A DNA stretch of 58,372 nucleotides from Candidatus Micrarchaeota archaeon (lineage in GTDB: Archaea > Micrarchaeota > Micrarchaeia > Micrarchaeales > Micrarchaeaceae): NCBI GenBank assembly GCA_021806095.1, contig JAJZYD010000001.1, forward strand, positions 1 to 58,372, written 5' to 3'. Each line of letters opens with the position of its first letter. Position 1 is the stretch's first letter. Positions 48,845 to 58,372 of this stretch are shown here, piece after piece. A program made the position numbers and the translations under genes. The notes under the pieces are model-generated. The model had not been told where the DNA came from, searched no databases, and was given only the letters and a program-made list of their open reading frames with translations.

Positions 48845-49600
48845 TTAGTACATACTTTCAATTACCTCTTTTTCAATATCCGAAAGATTAGCTGGAATAA
48901 TAAGTGCTGTTGGACCGTTTGCAAAATTTAATTTTTTTGCTTCCTTAATATTAACAAGAAGTTTCTGTTGATCTTTAAGTGCAATTTTGTGCATTATAAA
49001 AAGCAGAGTGTTATCTTTTATAAGCCCTTTTTTATATTTCTTTTCAGCTTCATCTAATATAGATACCGCATCTTTGAGTGCAAGTGATGAATTTTTTGTT
49101 GGATCATAATCAAGCAAAACTAAGCTATGCAAATTGTTTTTGTAATTCCTTTCAATTGCTTCATAAAATGAGACAGGCATATAATTGCTCTGCCATTTTG
49201 ATATTGTGCATATTTGTCCAAATCTATAAAAATCAAGCCCACTTTCACCTATGATTGCAGATAAAATAGATGTTGCGTGGTAAACTTTTATCGGAACTTT
49301 TCTTTTTTTTGCTTCTATAAAAATTATTTTGTGAGTTGTTGCAATTAATGGATCTCCACCTATAATTATTGAAACATTTGCATCTCTTGCTCTTTCAATT
49401 ATTATTGAAAGTTTCTCTTCAAGATCTTCCCTATTTAAATCAATAAGAGGTTTATTAATTATATTTGATATAAATTCCTTTCTTTCATTATCAAAAAATG
49501 TTGTATACCTATCTGCATATACAATCGAATTTTTTAATATAGAAATTGCTTGCAGTGTCAGGTCATCATTATTCAATCCAATTCCAACAAGATTTAACAT
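48845..49600 (-). CDS. dph5: Diphthine synthase
   Basis: 'LVGIGL', 'GDPLIATTH', 'SGLDFYRFG', 'LHSLVLLD', 'LIIPANLS..E.E'. Confidence 0.95.
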   Translation of the reverse strand: MLNLVGIGLNNDDLTLQAISILKNSIVYADRYTTFFDNERKEFISNIINKPLIDLNREDLEEKLSIIIERARDANVSIIIGGDPLIATTHKIIFIEAKKRKVPIKVYHATSILSAIIGESGLDFYRFGQICTISKWQSNYMPVSFYEAIERNYKNNLHSLVLLDYDPTKNSSLALKDAVSILDEAEKKYKKGLIKDNTLLFIMHKIALKDQQKLLVNIKEAKKLNFANGPTALIIPANLSDIEKEVIESMY

Positions 49601-49654
49601 TTATCATACACCATTGTTTATATTTTATTTTATAATTTTCTTTAACTAAAATAA

Positions 49655-50605
49655 TTAATCTTTTACACCATCGCTTGTTACTTTTATAACACATTCACCC
49701 TCTGGTTGGCTTGGCGAATCAACAAGCCTTATTATTCTTTTTTCTTCCTTGCTTTTCCTTAAATATAATCTTGTAGTTGCAGCATGTGCTATAACGTTGC
49801 CACCAATGGGTGTTGTAGGATCACCGAATAAAATACCTGGATTATCCATAACTTGATTTGTTATATATATTGCAATATTATATTTGTCTGCAAGTGTTTG
49901 GAGTCTATGTATATGTCCATTTAACTTCTGTTGTCTTTCACCTAATGCTCCTCTTCCCATAAATTCTGCCCTAAATAAAGAGGTTATTGAGTCAACAATT
50001 ATAAGTTTTATGTTTTTTTCCTGTATTAATTTATCAGCTCTTTCTATTGTAAGAATTTGTTGTTGTGTGGTGGTTGCTCTTACAACAATTATATTTTCAA
50101 GCACAGTTTTAGGATCAAGTCCTGCCGCCTTTGCGATGTCTTTTATTCTTTCAGGCCTAAATGTACCTTCAGTATCAATAAATAAAGTATTACCACCAAG
50201 CCCTCCTTTTCCTATAGGAAGCTGGACATTAACTGCAAGCTGAAATCCTATTTGAGTTTTACCGCTTGCAAATTTACCATAAGCTTCAGTAATAGCGTTT
50301 GTTTCAACTCCTCCCCCAATTAGTTCATTAAATTCTTTTGAGCCAGTGCTTATTCTACCTATTTCTTTCCTTCGCTCCAAGATTTTTTCTCCTGTTTCAT
50401 AGTTGATTGTAGTTGATTCTTGGGCTACTGTTATTGCTTTCTTTGCAGTATCTACACTGATCCCAGAAATTTCAGAGAGTTCATGCGGTGATGAAGTTGC
50501 GACTTTTTCAAGTGTGTCTATTCCTGCATTTCTTAGCTTTTCTGCTGTAGTTTCGCCTATCCCTGGAAGATCTTCAAGCTCACGTACTGCTTTATCCTTT
50601 GCCAT
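49655..50605 (-). CDS. radA: DNA repair and recombination protein RadA
   Basis: HhH N-domain, 'GKFASGKTQ', 'IDTEGTFRPER', 'ERQQKL', 'PIGGNVIAH'. Confidence 0.98.
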   Translation of the reverse strand: MAKDKAVRELEDLPGIGETTAEKLRNAGIDTLEKVATSSPHELSEISGISVDTAKKAITVAQESTTINYETGEKILERRKEIGRISTGSKEFNELIGGGVETNAITEAYGKFASGKTQIGFQLAVNVQLPIGKGGLGGNTLFIDTEGTFRPERIKDIAKAAGLDPKTVLENIIVVRATTTQQQILTIERADKLIQEKNIKLIIVDSITSLFRAEFMGRGALGERQQKLNGHIHRLQTLADKYNIAIYITNQVMDNPGILFGDPTTPIGGNVIAHAATTRLYLRKSKEEKRIIRLVDSPSQPEGECVIKVTSDGVKD

Positions 50606-50889
50606 TATTACACCTTTTTGTATTACTTTGAATCAACTTTGCTATAATTATATAATATTATATTAATATTAATATATATCTATCTTTTATTTTTATTATT
50701 TGATTGGTAAATTAAAGTATCAATTATAAAATAATTATATAATATAAATATAGATAAAAGAGAAATTAATAAATAAAATAAGAATAAAAATAAATATGTC
50801 TAAGATAATGCTTCATAAATATCTTGCGCATTTTTGATTATATATTAAATATATAATAAAATGAAAGAAAAGAAAATAAAAGATAAAAT

Positions 50890-52356
50890 TTATTTTACAA
50901 TTTTTTCAAGTATTGGATATGTTTCAAATAAGTTCTCTTGTTCGAGTTGTTGATAAAGCATATATACTATTCCTACTGTTAGTAGTATTCCCATACCAGT
51001 TCCTATCGCGCCAGTAAGCGTTGCTATCGCGGCTAATAATCCAACAAACATACTTCCCAGTATAGTTATAGTAGGTATATACTTGTTAAGAACATTTTCA
51101 ATAATTCTAGGATCTCTTCTGAATCCTGGTATCTGCCAGCCAACATCGCTCATCTGCTCTGCCATATTCTTCGGGCTCTGCCCTGTCATTTCAATCCAGA
51201 ATTTGCCAAATACAACACAAAGAGCCATAAGCACAAGCGTATATATTATTGCATGAACCCATTCTGGTATAAGAATAAATCCTCCTGTTGGAAGATATAA
51301 GGTTGAAACAGAGTTTAGCAGTATATGTATATAAGGCCCATACCCTCCAACACCATAAGGTGCTGGATAAGGTGATGGGAATGTTGGTGATATTAAGTAG
51401 ACAATGCCCCCAACAAGCTGTGGTGAGCCACCTATAGTTTGATAATAAGCAAAGAAATGTGCGAGGTTTGCCAAGCTTCCGCTAACATTAGCAAGAAATC
51501 TGAACCATATTGTAAGGCTGAGCTCAAGTGAGGATGCTAAAATAACTGGCAAAACACTGACATACAAGAAAGGTATGGGAAGGCGCCCGCCGACACCTCT
51601 GAACTGCTCAAACGAAAGAGGAAGCTCAACCTTTGTTTCATATGCATAGATGCTTACAAGTAGTATTATTATTGCAAAGAAGAATGGACCAAATACAAGT
51701 ACGGCATTTGGCAGTGCTGATGCACCGCCCCCACCTGTAGCTGGATTGAGCATGCTAATTGCTCCGGGAAGCAGGATTGTGAGCGTTCCTGCAATAATTG
51801 CATAAGATACCCCTGCAGCTATAAACATGTTTATCCCTGAAGTGACACCATACTTTGTCATCATCTCATCAAGGAATATAATTAAGATCGCGCCAATAGC
51901 AAGCTGCAATGCGACAATTCCAAACAATGAAGGAGATGATATAGGAACAAAATCTGTCATTATATATATTACAGATTCAACAACTGCTATAATAATTGCA
52001 AGAAGCTTCTGCAGAGTCTGAAATCTTGCTTTATCAATAGGATTATTTAAATCAATCTTTATAAGATCTGATCCTACAATAAGCTGCAATATAATGCTTG
52101 CAAGCACTATAGGCCCAATTCCTACTGTGATAAGGCTTCCTATCTTTGATGCAAATACAATGCTCATTAATTGGAAAAAAGGTTGTGATGCAATTGCAGT
52201 TTGATTAACACCAACGGCATACGTATTATATAACAAGAAATAGATTCCGATTATGCCTGCCGTCCAATACATCTTTTCTCTTAATGATAAAGGTTTTGAA
52301 GGGCCTTTTATTGAAGGTATAAATGGTTCTATTTTATCAATGAATCCAAGTGCCAT
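50890..52356 (-). CDS. secY: Preprotein translocase subunit SecY
   Basis: 'GIGPIV.ASIILQL', 'KYGVTSGINMFI', 'YVSVLPVIL', 'IPGFRRD', 'GTGMGILLTV'. Confidence 0.97.
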   Translation of the reverse strand: MALGFIDKIEPFIPSIKGPSKPLSLREKMYWTAGIIGIYFLLYNTYAVGVNQTAIASQPFFQLMSIVFASKIGSLITVGIGPIVLASIILQLIVGSDLIKIDLNNPIDKARFQTLQKLLAIIIAVVESVIYIMTDFVPISSPSLFGIVALQLAIGAILIIFLDEMMTKYGVTSGINMFIAAGVSYAIIAGTLTILLPGAISMLNPATGGGGASALPNAVLVFGPFFFAIIILLVSIYAYETKVELPLSFEQFRGVGGRLPIPFLYVSVLPVILASSLELSLTIWFRFLANVSGSLANLAHFFAYYQTIGGSPQLVGGIVYLISPTFPSPYPAPYGVGGYGPYIHILLNSVSTLYLPTGGFILIPEWVHAIIYTLVLMALCVVFGKFWIEMTGQSPKNMAEQMSDVGWQIPGFRRDPRIIENVLNKYIPTITILGSMFVGLLAAIATLTGAIGTGMGILLTVGIVYMLYQQLEQENLFETYPILEKIVK

Positions 52357-52577
52357 CCTATCACATTACTTTATAATTATATCATATATATTTTATATTA
52401 TATTTTGTTTATTAGGTTTTTTAACTTTATTTTTATCAAATAAATTGCAAAGATATAAAAATTATTTGAAATAAATTTAAATAATAAAAAAATATAAATT
52501 ATAACAATAAAACAATCAAATTCTTTTAATAATATATAAATGTCTTTCGCTTATCACTTTTGTTGTATTATCATTTA

Positions 52578-53621
52578 TTATTGCTTTTCTTTTTGTTCTT
52601 TTATATCAACTATATATCTGCCATCTTTTGAACTTTCATTGTCTAAGATATTTAAATTTAGAAAATTTGACAGAGTATTATCCAAAAATGCAGAAGCAAA
52701 ATTTATGAAGTTGATATTGTCATAAGATTCATAATATATTTTAATATGCAAGGGCTTCTTGCTTATTATTTCAGGCTCGCCAAAGCCCAAATCTCTTATC
52801 ATTTCTATTAATTTAACAATATAATTCCTTTTGTTTCTTGGATTTGTAGTAGACAATATCTTACCAAACATAATTCCCATATAAACTCCAACCTCAGGAA
52901 TTGATTCTGCAATATTTTTGTTAAGAAGTGCAGAGCGCGAAAGCAGCCAATAACTTTTAAGAAATTTTTTATCTGTATTTTCAATAATAGAACCTAATGT
53001 ATTATAAATATCTTCTACCTCTTTTGTTTTGCTTGGAAGCAAGTTTGCGTCATCAAAGAGTCTTTGACTGGCTTTAAATATTTTTGTATTGCCAATCATT
53101 GATTCATTGACATAAAAACGATTTTTATATAGTGCATTGAGGAATCCCGCTATAATTCCGGATTCAAAATCATTATTTGTATTTTTAATATTGTAGAAGT
53201 GCATTTCAATACCATCAAATATAAAATGCACTGTTACTTTATCATAGCCAACTCTCTCAAAAAAGTTTACAAGTTCTATTATCATTTCTTCGGGCAGCGC
53301 ATCATATTTGTTTTTTGATATATTTTCATAAAGCGATTTGCCTGTTGAAAATCCATTCTCATACTGCATCCTCTTCAAGCTAGGGCTCAAGTTCAATAGC
53401 GTTGAGCTTAATTCCATAGCTTTCCATGAAACTAACTCTTTCTTTTGATAAGAATCCTTAATATCCTTATTAAACAATATATTGTTCAATATTACATCTG
53501 TTAAATTATGATAGTGTTTATAATCATATTTAATGCTCAATCCATCTTTAACAGAGTTTTGCCTATTTATCTCAGCATAAGATTTAGTTTTAGTTTTATA
53601 CCTTTTTCCTCTTTGAGCCAT
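52578..53621 (-). CDS. Hypothetical protein with two V4R-like repeats
   Basis: 'YENGFSTGK...FFERVGY...FESGIIAGFL' and 'VGVYMGIMFG...IRDLGFG...FASAFL' resemble V4R patterns. ATG at 53621 after GGTGG preferred to the track start. Confidence 0.55.
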   Translation of the reverse strand: MAQRGKRYKTKTKSYAEINRQNSVKDGLSIKYDYKHYHNLTDVILNNILFNKDIKDSYQKKELVSWKAMELSSTLLNLSPSLKRMQYENGFSTGKSLYENISKNKYDALPEEMIIELVNFFERVGYDKVTVHFIFDGIEMHFYNIKNTNNDFESGIIAGFLNALYKNRFYVNESMIGNTKIFKASQRLFDDANLLPSKTKEVEDIYNTLGSIIENTDKKFLKSYWLLSRSALLNKNIAESIPEVGVYMGIMFGKILSTTNPRNKRNYIVKLIEMIRDLGFGEPEIISKKPLHIKIYYESYDNINFINFASAFLDNTLSNFLNLNILDNESSKDGRYIVDIKEQKEKQ

Positions 53622-54126
53622 GGCCGCCACCAACATTCTCAATATTGCAGCTTCTATTAGGCTGCTTCTTAATCAAATAATATATAATAAGAAAAAGATT
53701 TATAACTATCATTACACCGAACAGCAGTGAGCTATTATTAAATATAAAACTATCAAGCATTATTAATTGCGATATGCTTATGCCAAAAGTTGTAAGGCTA
53801 AATAATAATGGGGCTGTACATCCGCAACCGGAAATTACACTCCCCAATAATGCCGTTGCAGTGCCAATTAAGCCTGAACTAGTTTTTGAATATGAAAATC
53901 CAGAATGCTTGATTGTGTATACAGATATTGTAAGAAGTATTGATGAGCTTATTATTAATGAATATAAAAGTAATGGCGGTATTGTTACAAATATAAAAAG
54001 TGGATTTTGCAGTGATAAGACTCCATAAAACAATAAATAATAAGCAATCAAAGCTGCGACATTAAGCACAATGTATTTTGGTGTATATATCTCTTTTATT
54101 TTTTGTATTATATCCATAATGATCAA
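53596..54126 (-). CDS. Four-TM membrane protein with a 'GCGCTAP' motif
   Basis: Hydrophobic segments with a CxC in the third one; overlaps the downstream gene. Confidence 0.65.
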   Translation of the reverse strand: MIIMDIIQKIKEIYTPKYIVLNVAALIAYYLLFYGVLSLQNPLFIFVTIPPLLLYSLIISSSILLTISVYTIKHSGFSYSKTSSGLIGTATALLGSVISGCGCTAPLLFSLTTFGISISQLIMLDSFIFNNSSLLFGVMIVINLFLIIYYLIKKQPNRSCNIENVGGGHGSKRKKV

Positions 54127-54435
54127 TCTATAATATACCTATAAATATATATAATATATAAATATATAAAAAATTAATAAATAAAATTTATATAATAAAA
54201 TTATAATATACACAATAAGACTATTGATAATAATATAATTCCTTTTTATAAATAATTGCAATGCAGATATTTAATTCTTGCTCTTTCAAATAAATAATAA
54301 ATAAATTATAGACAAGAAATGAGTAGCAAATTTATAATAATAAAAATAATCGTAAGGTTATTAAATTCTTGCGAAATAAATATAAAAATATAAAAGATAG
54401 AAAAGCAAAATTTAAAATATATTAATGTGATTTAA

Positions 54436-55002
54436 ATGGGAGCATACCAGCATATGAAAAAAAGTTTTATTTCAGAATACAAAGAGCGTTCAGAAGCTTA
54501 TAGGTCGCGCTTAATAAAATGGAATGGCGAATCGCCAATAGTAAGGATTCAAAAACCAACAAACATTGCAAGGGCAAGAGAAATAGGTTATAAGGCAAAG
54601 CAAGGCATAATTGTTGCAAGAGTTGCAGTGCTAGGAGGCAGAAAGAAAAGAGTAACGCCAGGAGGGGGCAGAAAGCCTTCAAAGGCAGGTCGTTATTTTA
54701 CACGGGAGAAATCGACACGTGCAATTGCAGAGGAAAGGGCCGCAAAGAAGTTTACCAATGCAGAGGTGCTCAATTCCTATTTTGTAGGTGAAATAGGTTC
54801 AAAGAAATTTTATGAGATAATAATGCTTGATAGAGCAAATCCCTCTATAATTAATGATCCTATTTATAGCAATATAATTAAGCAGAAGAATAGAGTGTTC
54901 AGAGGACTGACGCGTGCCGGAAGGAAGCATAGAGGCATTGCCCAATCAGGCTTTGGTACAAAGAGATTTAGGCCAAGCAAGCGCACTAATATTAGAAGTT
55001 AG
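54436..55002 (+). CDS. rpl15e: 50S ribosomal protein L15e
   Basis: 'MGAYQ', 'PTNIARAREIGYKAKQG', 'EVLNSY', 'RVFRGLT.AG'. Confidence 0.97.
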   Translation: MGAYQHMKKSFISEYKERSEAYRSRLIKWNGESPIVRIQKPTNIARAREIGYKAKQGIIVARVAVLGGRKKRVTPGGGRKPSKAGRYFTREKSTRAIAEERAAKKFTNAEVLNSYFVGEIGSKKFYEIIMLDRANPSIINDPIYSNIIKQKNRVFRGLTRAGRKHRGIAQSGFGTKRFRPSKRTNIRS

Positions 55003-55013
55003 AAGGAAGCTAA

Positions 55014-55313
55014 ATGGCATATATAACATTTTCTAAGAAGTTTCCAGGGCAGAGGGAACTTGTGCATAAGTTTAAGCATAGCTTTAATGATTCAATTATT
55101 GAGCTGAGAGGCAAGAAGAATTTTGACAAACTTATGAAAGATGCTTCATTGAAAGGTTTTGATAGACTTATTATTATTGAAAGAATCATGAATGATAAAA
55201 AATATAAAGGAATAATAATAAAGATTGAGGTTGATAAAGAAAGATTAAAATGGGAATATGGGCGAGAATTTAAGATATTAAGCATCAATGATTTAGCAAA
55301 TATAAAAGAATAA
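55014..55313 (+). CDS. Short Brix-domain-like protein
   Basis: 'YITFSKK', 'RGKKNFDKL...A...GFDRLIIIE' resemble the N-terminal half of archaeal Brix/Imp4 proteins; next to rpl15e. Confidence 0.6.
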   Translation: MAYITFSKKFPGQRELVHKFKHSFNDSIIELRGKKNFDKLMKDASLKGFDRLIIIERIMNDKKYKGIIIKIEVDKERLKWEYGREFKILSINDLANIKE

Positions 55314-55565
55314 AAAAAGGAAAAATTAAAAAATAAATAGACAATAAAATATTGCAAAATTTAATTTTAAATTTCCATAAACTTTTATATAATATTTATA
55401 TAACTCAATATTGTGATTCCTTACATTTAAAATTTGTGGGTTTCAAAATGACAATAAGGTATAATGTTAATTTGAAGTTCCACTAAAATAAATTATGAAA
55501 AGATTTATAAATATATGCTGTTTTATATAATCAAATTTAAATTACAAAAATAAAAGAGTGAGAAA

Positions 55566-56159
55566 ATGTTTGGAAAGAAAATATTAGAAGGTAGAGAACG
55601 TGCGCAGAGCGCAATGGAGTATCTTATGACCTATGGTTGGGCGATACTCATCATTGCAATTGTTCTTGCAATACTCTTTAAGTTAGGAGTATTTAGTGGT
55701 GCAAGCCTTACAGGAACATCATGTTTGGGTTCACCAGGATTCTCATGTTCAAATCCTGTATTAAGTAGTACAGCAGGTTTAAGTTTCAGTTTAGGTCAGA
55801 GCACTGGCAGTGAACTTTATAATGTTCTAATAGCATGCTCTGGAAGTTCAGGAGCAGCAGGTTATCCAGCAGATGGTACATATTGGGATACATTATCTAG
55901 CGGAGGTGCAGCAACTCCAAACAACGCACTTCCTGTAACTAGTGCACCAGCTTCAACTGCATCTCTTAACTTAGCAAATGGTCAATCAGTAACAGTAAGC
56001 AATGTAATTTGTTATGATTCAAGCAATTCACCAACAACAGGTTATACAATAGGCCAATCATTCCAAGGATATATATGGTTAGCATATTCAACTTCATCAA
56101 CAGGAACACCAATACAAACACAAAAAGCAATAACAATATCAGTAAAGGCAACATCTTAA
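55566..56159 (+). CDS. Type IV pilin-like protein with class III signal peptide
   Basis: 'ERA|QSAMEYLMTYGWAILIIAIVL' (E at +5), hydrophobic helix, Ser/Thr/Gly-rich globular domain with 4 Cys. Confidence 0.9.
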   Translation: MFGKKILEGRERAQSAMEYLMTYGWAILIIAIVLAILFKLGVFSGASLTGTSCLGSPGFSCSNPVLSSTAGLSFSLGQSTGSELYNVLIACSGSSGAAGYPADGTYWDTLSSGGAATPNNALPVTSAPASTASLNLANGQSVTVSNVICYDSSNSPTTGYTIGQSFQGYIWLAYSTSSTGTPIQTQKAITISVKATS

Positions 56160-56195
56160 AGTTAAAGAGATATATAGTATAATATGAATAAGAAT

Positions 56196-56240
56196 GAAAG
56201 GTCGTAAGATCTTTCTTTTATTTTATTTTTTTTATTTTCT
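56196..56240 (+). terminator. Hairpin plus T-tract after the pilin gene
   Basis: GAAAGGTC-GTAA-GATCTTTC followed by long T runs. Confidence 0.6.
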
Positions 56241-56459
56241 TCTATTTTGCTCTTTTTAAATAACAAACTTTTTCTTTTGTATCTTTATATTAATATTGTA
56301 AAATGCCTGAAATAAACAATCATATCAGCATAACATTTAAATAATTATTTGTTAATAATTATTGATTATTTATATTAATTAATCAAATATATTAAGATAA
56401 TAAATATAAATATTAAAATATAATATTAAATAAATTATATAAATAAAAAAACAACAAAG

Positions 56460-56666
56460 GTGCTTTATATAAAAATAAAAGATTTAAGATCGCTTCAAAG
56501 TGTGAATTTAAAAGATAAACTTAAGGAGCTTAGGCTAGAGCTAGCTTCGGAGAAGCGAAAAGTGGCTTCAACAGGTGTTGCTAGCAAAGTAGTAAAGACA
56601 AAGGATATAAAACATACAATTGCTAGAATAAAAACAATTCTCAATGAGAGAGGTGTAACCGAATAA
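56460..56666 (+). CDS. rpl29: 50S ribosomal protein L29
   Basis: 'KDLR....L.DKLKELRLEL....IKHTIARIKTILNE'. Confidence 0.93.
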   Translation: MLYIKIKDLRSLQSVNLKDKLKELRLELASEKRKVASTGVASKVVKTKDIKHTIARIKTILNERGVTE

Positions 56667-56971
56667 TGTCTGATACTTGCCCAAAATGCGGATTACCAAC
56701 AGAGCTTTGTGTCTGCAAAGTTCTAGATAGAGAAACAGAATCTAAAATAAGAATTTATACCAAAAAGGCTAAATTCAAAAAATTTTTAACTGTCGTTGAA
56801 GGTATAGATCCAGGTACAGTTGAAAGAACCACAAAGGAGCTCAAGCGCGCCCTTGCTTGTGGAGGTACTATTAAGGATGGATTGATAGAGCTTCAAGGAG
56901 AGCATAAAGCGGCAACTAAAAGAATTCTTGTCAATTTAGGATATAAGAATGAAAATATTGATATTGCATAA
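56666..56971 (+). CDS. sui1: Translation initiation factor aIF1 (SUI1)
   Basis: 'CPKCGLPTELCVC', 'LKRALACGGT.K...IELQGEH'. Confidence 0.95.
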   Translation: MSDTCPKCGLPTELCVCKVLDRETESKIRIYTKKAKFKKFLTVVEGIDPGTVERTTKELKRALACGGTIKDGLIELQGEHKAATKRILVNLGYKNENIDIA

Positions 56972-57119
56972 TCATTGTTGGTATTATTCATCTTTATTTA
57001 TAAATAAATAATAATTTCTGGGAAAAAAAGTGAGTAGTGGAATTCTCATTAAAAATCAAAATAATCATAAGATTATTAAACTCTTACCATGATTGTTTTA
57101 GAATATTTGGTGATTTCTT

Positions 57120-57836
57120 ATGTCAAACGGATTAATTTTGATAACCGGGGGAAGCAGAGGAATTGGAAAAGGAATAGCAGAGGAATTAGCTTCAGCGGGT
57201 TACGATATTATCTTGCTTGCCAAGAGTAAGAACAATTTGAAGAAGACAAAGGATCAGATTCTGACTAAACATAAAGTAAAAATCGACACAATAAGTTGTG
57301 ATTTATCCGACAGTCGTGAAATAGAAAAGGCATTTAATTATTGCAAACGACAAGGTTACAAATTTATGTCTATCGTACATTCTGCAGGGATTTTCATAGA
57401 GGGTTGCAATCTTAGCTCGAGTATAGATGTCTACGATGCTATGATGAATGTAAACCTTAGAGCAGTATATTACTTTACTAAACTTTTCAGACCATTACTA
57501 GATACTTCAAAGAAGTGCACTATTGTGATTATAGGGTCCACTGCAGGTCTGGAGCCGTACACGATAGGATCTATATATGGAATTGCTAAGTGGGGACTAA
57601 AAGGGTATGCAATTAATTTACGTCAGGAACTATTGAAAGATGGTATCGGGGTAGTTCTTGTAAATCCTGGTTCAACAATCACCGACTTATGGGAAGGAAC
57701 TGCACATCCCGCATCAAGATTTGTGCAGCCAAAGGACATAGGCATAATGGTAAGAGCGTGTCTATCTTTATCTGCTGGTGTAGTTGTGGATGAAGTTACA
57801 GTTAGACCTCTCCTAGGAGATATTCATGACGAATAA
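57120..57836 (+). CDS. Short-chain dehydrogenase/reductase
   Basis: 'TGGSRGIG', 'HSAG', 'GS', YxxxK 'YGIAK', 'NPG...T'. Confidence 0.93.
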   Translation: MSNGLILITGGSRGIGKGIAEELASAGYDIILLAKSKNNLKKTKDQILTKHKVKIDTISCDLSDSREIEKAFNYCKRQGYKFMSIVHSAGIFIEGCNLSSSIDVYDAMMNVNLRAVYYFTKLFRPLLDTSKKCTIVIIGSTAGLEPYTIGSIYGIAKWGLKGYAINLRQELLKDGIGVVLVNPGSTITDLWEGTAHPASRFVQPKDIGIMVRACLSLSAGVVVDEVTVRPLLGDIHDE

Positions 57837-57854
57837 ATTGGTGGAGGAGTATTA

Positions 57855-58085
57855 ATGGACACGATTACTCTGGTTTTACTCATATTGGCTGTTCTTGGAG
57901 CGATGGGAGCCTTCCTCTGATATTGGGTGCGATCAAAGATTTACGGTACTCTGGAACTAGTATATCTGGAACCTGGCAAGTTGAGTGGGGTTATTATAAT
58001 ATTATAAAGGATGTTTTCAGCAATTTTAGTGGCAACATCTTTGCACTTCTTCTTTATCACCTTTGCTATTCCGGGGCAATGATGA
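57855..58085 (+). pseudogene. Degraded membrane-protein gene downstream of the SDR
   Basis: GGAGGAG then ATG at 57855; reads MDTITLVLLILAVLGAMGAFL*YWVRSKIYGTLELVYLEPGKLSGVIIIL*RMFSAILVATSLHFFFITFAIPGQ** with in-frame stops at 57918, 58005 and 58080. Confidence 0.4.
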
Positions 58086-58372
58086 CCTTTGTCAAAGAAT
58101 AAATTTAGCAAATGTTTGTTGTTGGTAAAGGATAGTTTCAAAAGATTAATTAATAAATTTTAAATGAGAATACAAGAAATGCTAAGATATCATATTTAAT
58201 TTAGTTCTATAACAAAATGCTTTTCTTAAAAGAAGGATAAAAGCAAACTGAGGACTTATTTAATGCAACTTTCTATTGATAAAAAGGTATTTATATTTAA
58301 AATTCTAAATAATCTTAATTTTAATAATGCATTATATTTATATCAAAGTGGAAAGATGTTGAGAGAGAAATA

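Noticed and set aside
57918..57920. TGA as recoded Trp/Sec (alternative genetic code)
   Set aside because: TGA ends intact genes elsewhere (e.g. 2816, 5468, 24116) and the same frame also contains TAA; pseudogenisation is simpler.
1034..58141. Numerous 60-150 aa antisense or overlapping ORFs in the track (e.g. 10576-11031, 17640-18050, 32205-32654, 43417-43701, 55010-55357)
   Set aside because: They overlap well-supported genes on the opposite strand or in another frame and lack motifs; treated as shadow ORFs.
1..58372. CRISPR array, transposase or rRNA
   Set aside because: No regularly spaced direct repeats, transposase motifs or long GC-rich structural RNA seen by eye.

Overview
Very AT-rich archaeal chromosome segment, most likely a DPANN archaeon of the Micrarchaeota (ARMAN) type. 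This assignment is an inference from a 383-aa epsilon2-sized tRNA splicing endonuclease, a 'RAQSAMEYLMTYGWAIL' pilin and fragmented ribosomal operons. Most of the window is housekeeping: ribosomal proteins, ftsZ, pcn, rfcL, radA, secY, ftsY, tyrS, taw1, dph2/dph5, HMG-CoA synthase, polyprenyl synthase, argF, tRNA-Asp and an intron-containing tRNA-Tyr. It also carries surface proteins, a PadR-ABC exporter operon and an AbiE-type toxin-antitoxin pair. The stand-out is a two-gene RiPP-like locus. A 56-aa Cys/Asp/Gly-rich ORF missing from the ORF track (43105-43275, minus; 7 Cys, three CX3D motifs) lies directly upstream of a radical SAM/SPASM maturase with a putative N-terminal RRE and a fused C-terminal GNAT domain (41310-43079). 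Other notable items are a single-repeat 'half' TBP, a candidate four-hairpin ncRNA and a pseudoknot-like leader around an orphan ORF after ftsY, and two further genes missed by the track (rpl39e, rplX). All calls come from motif reading by eye; no searches were run.
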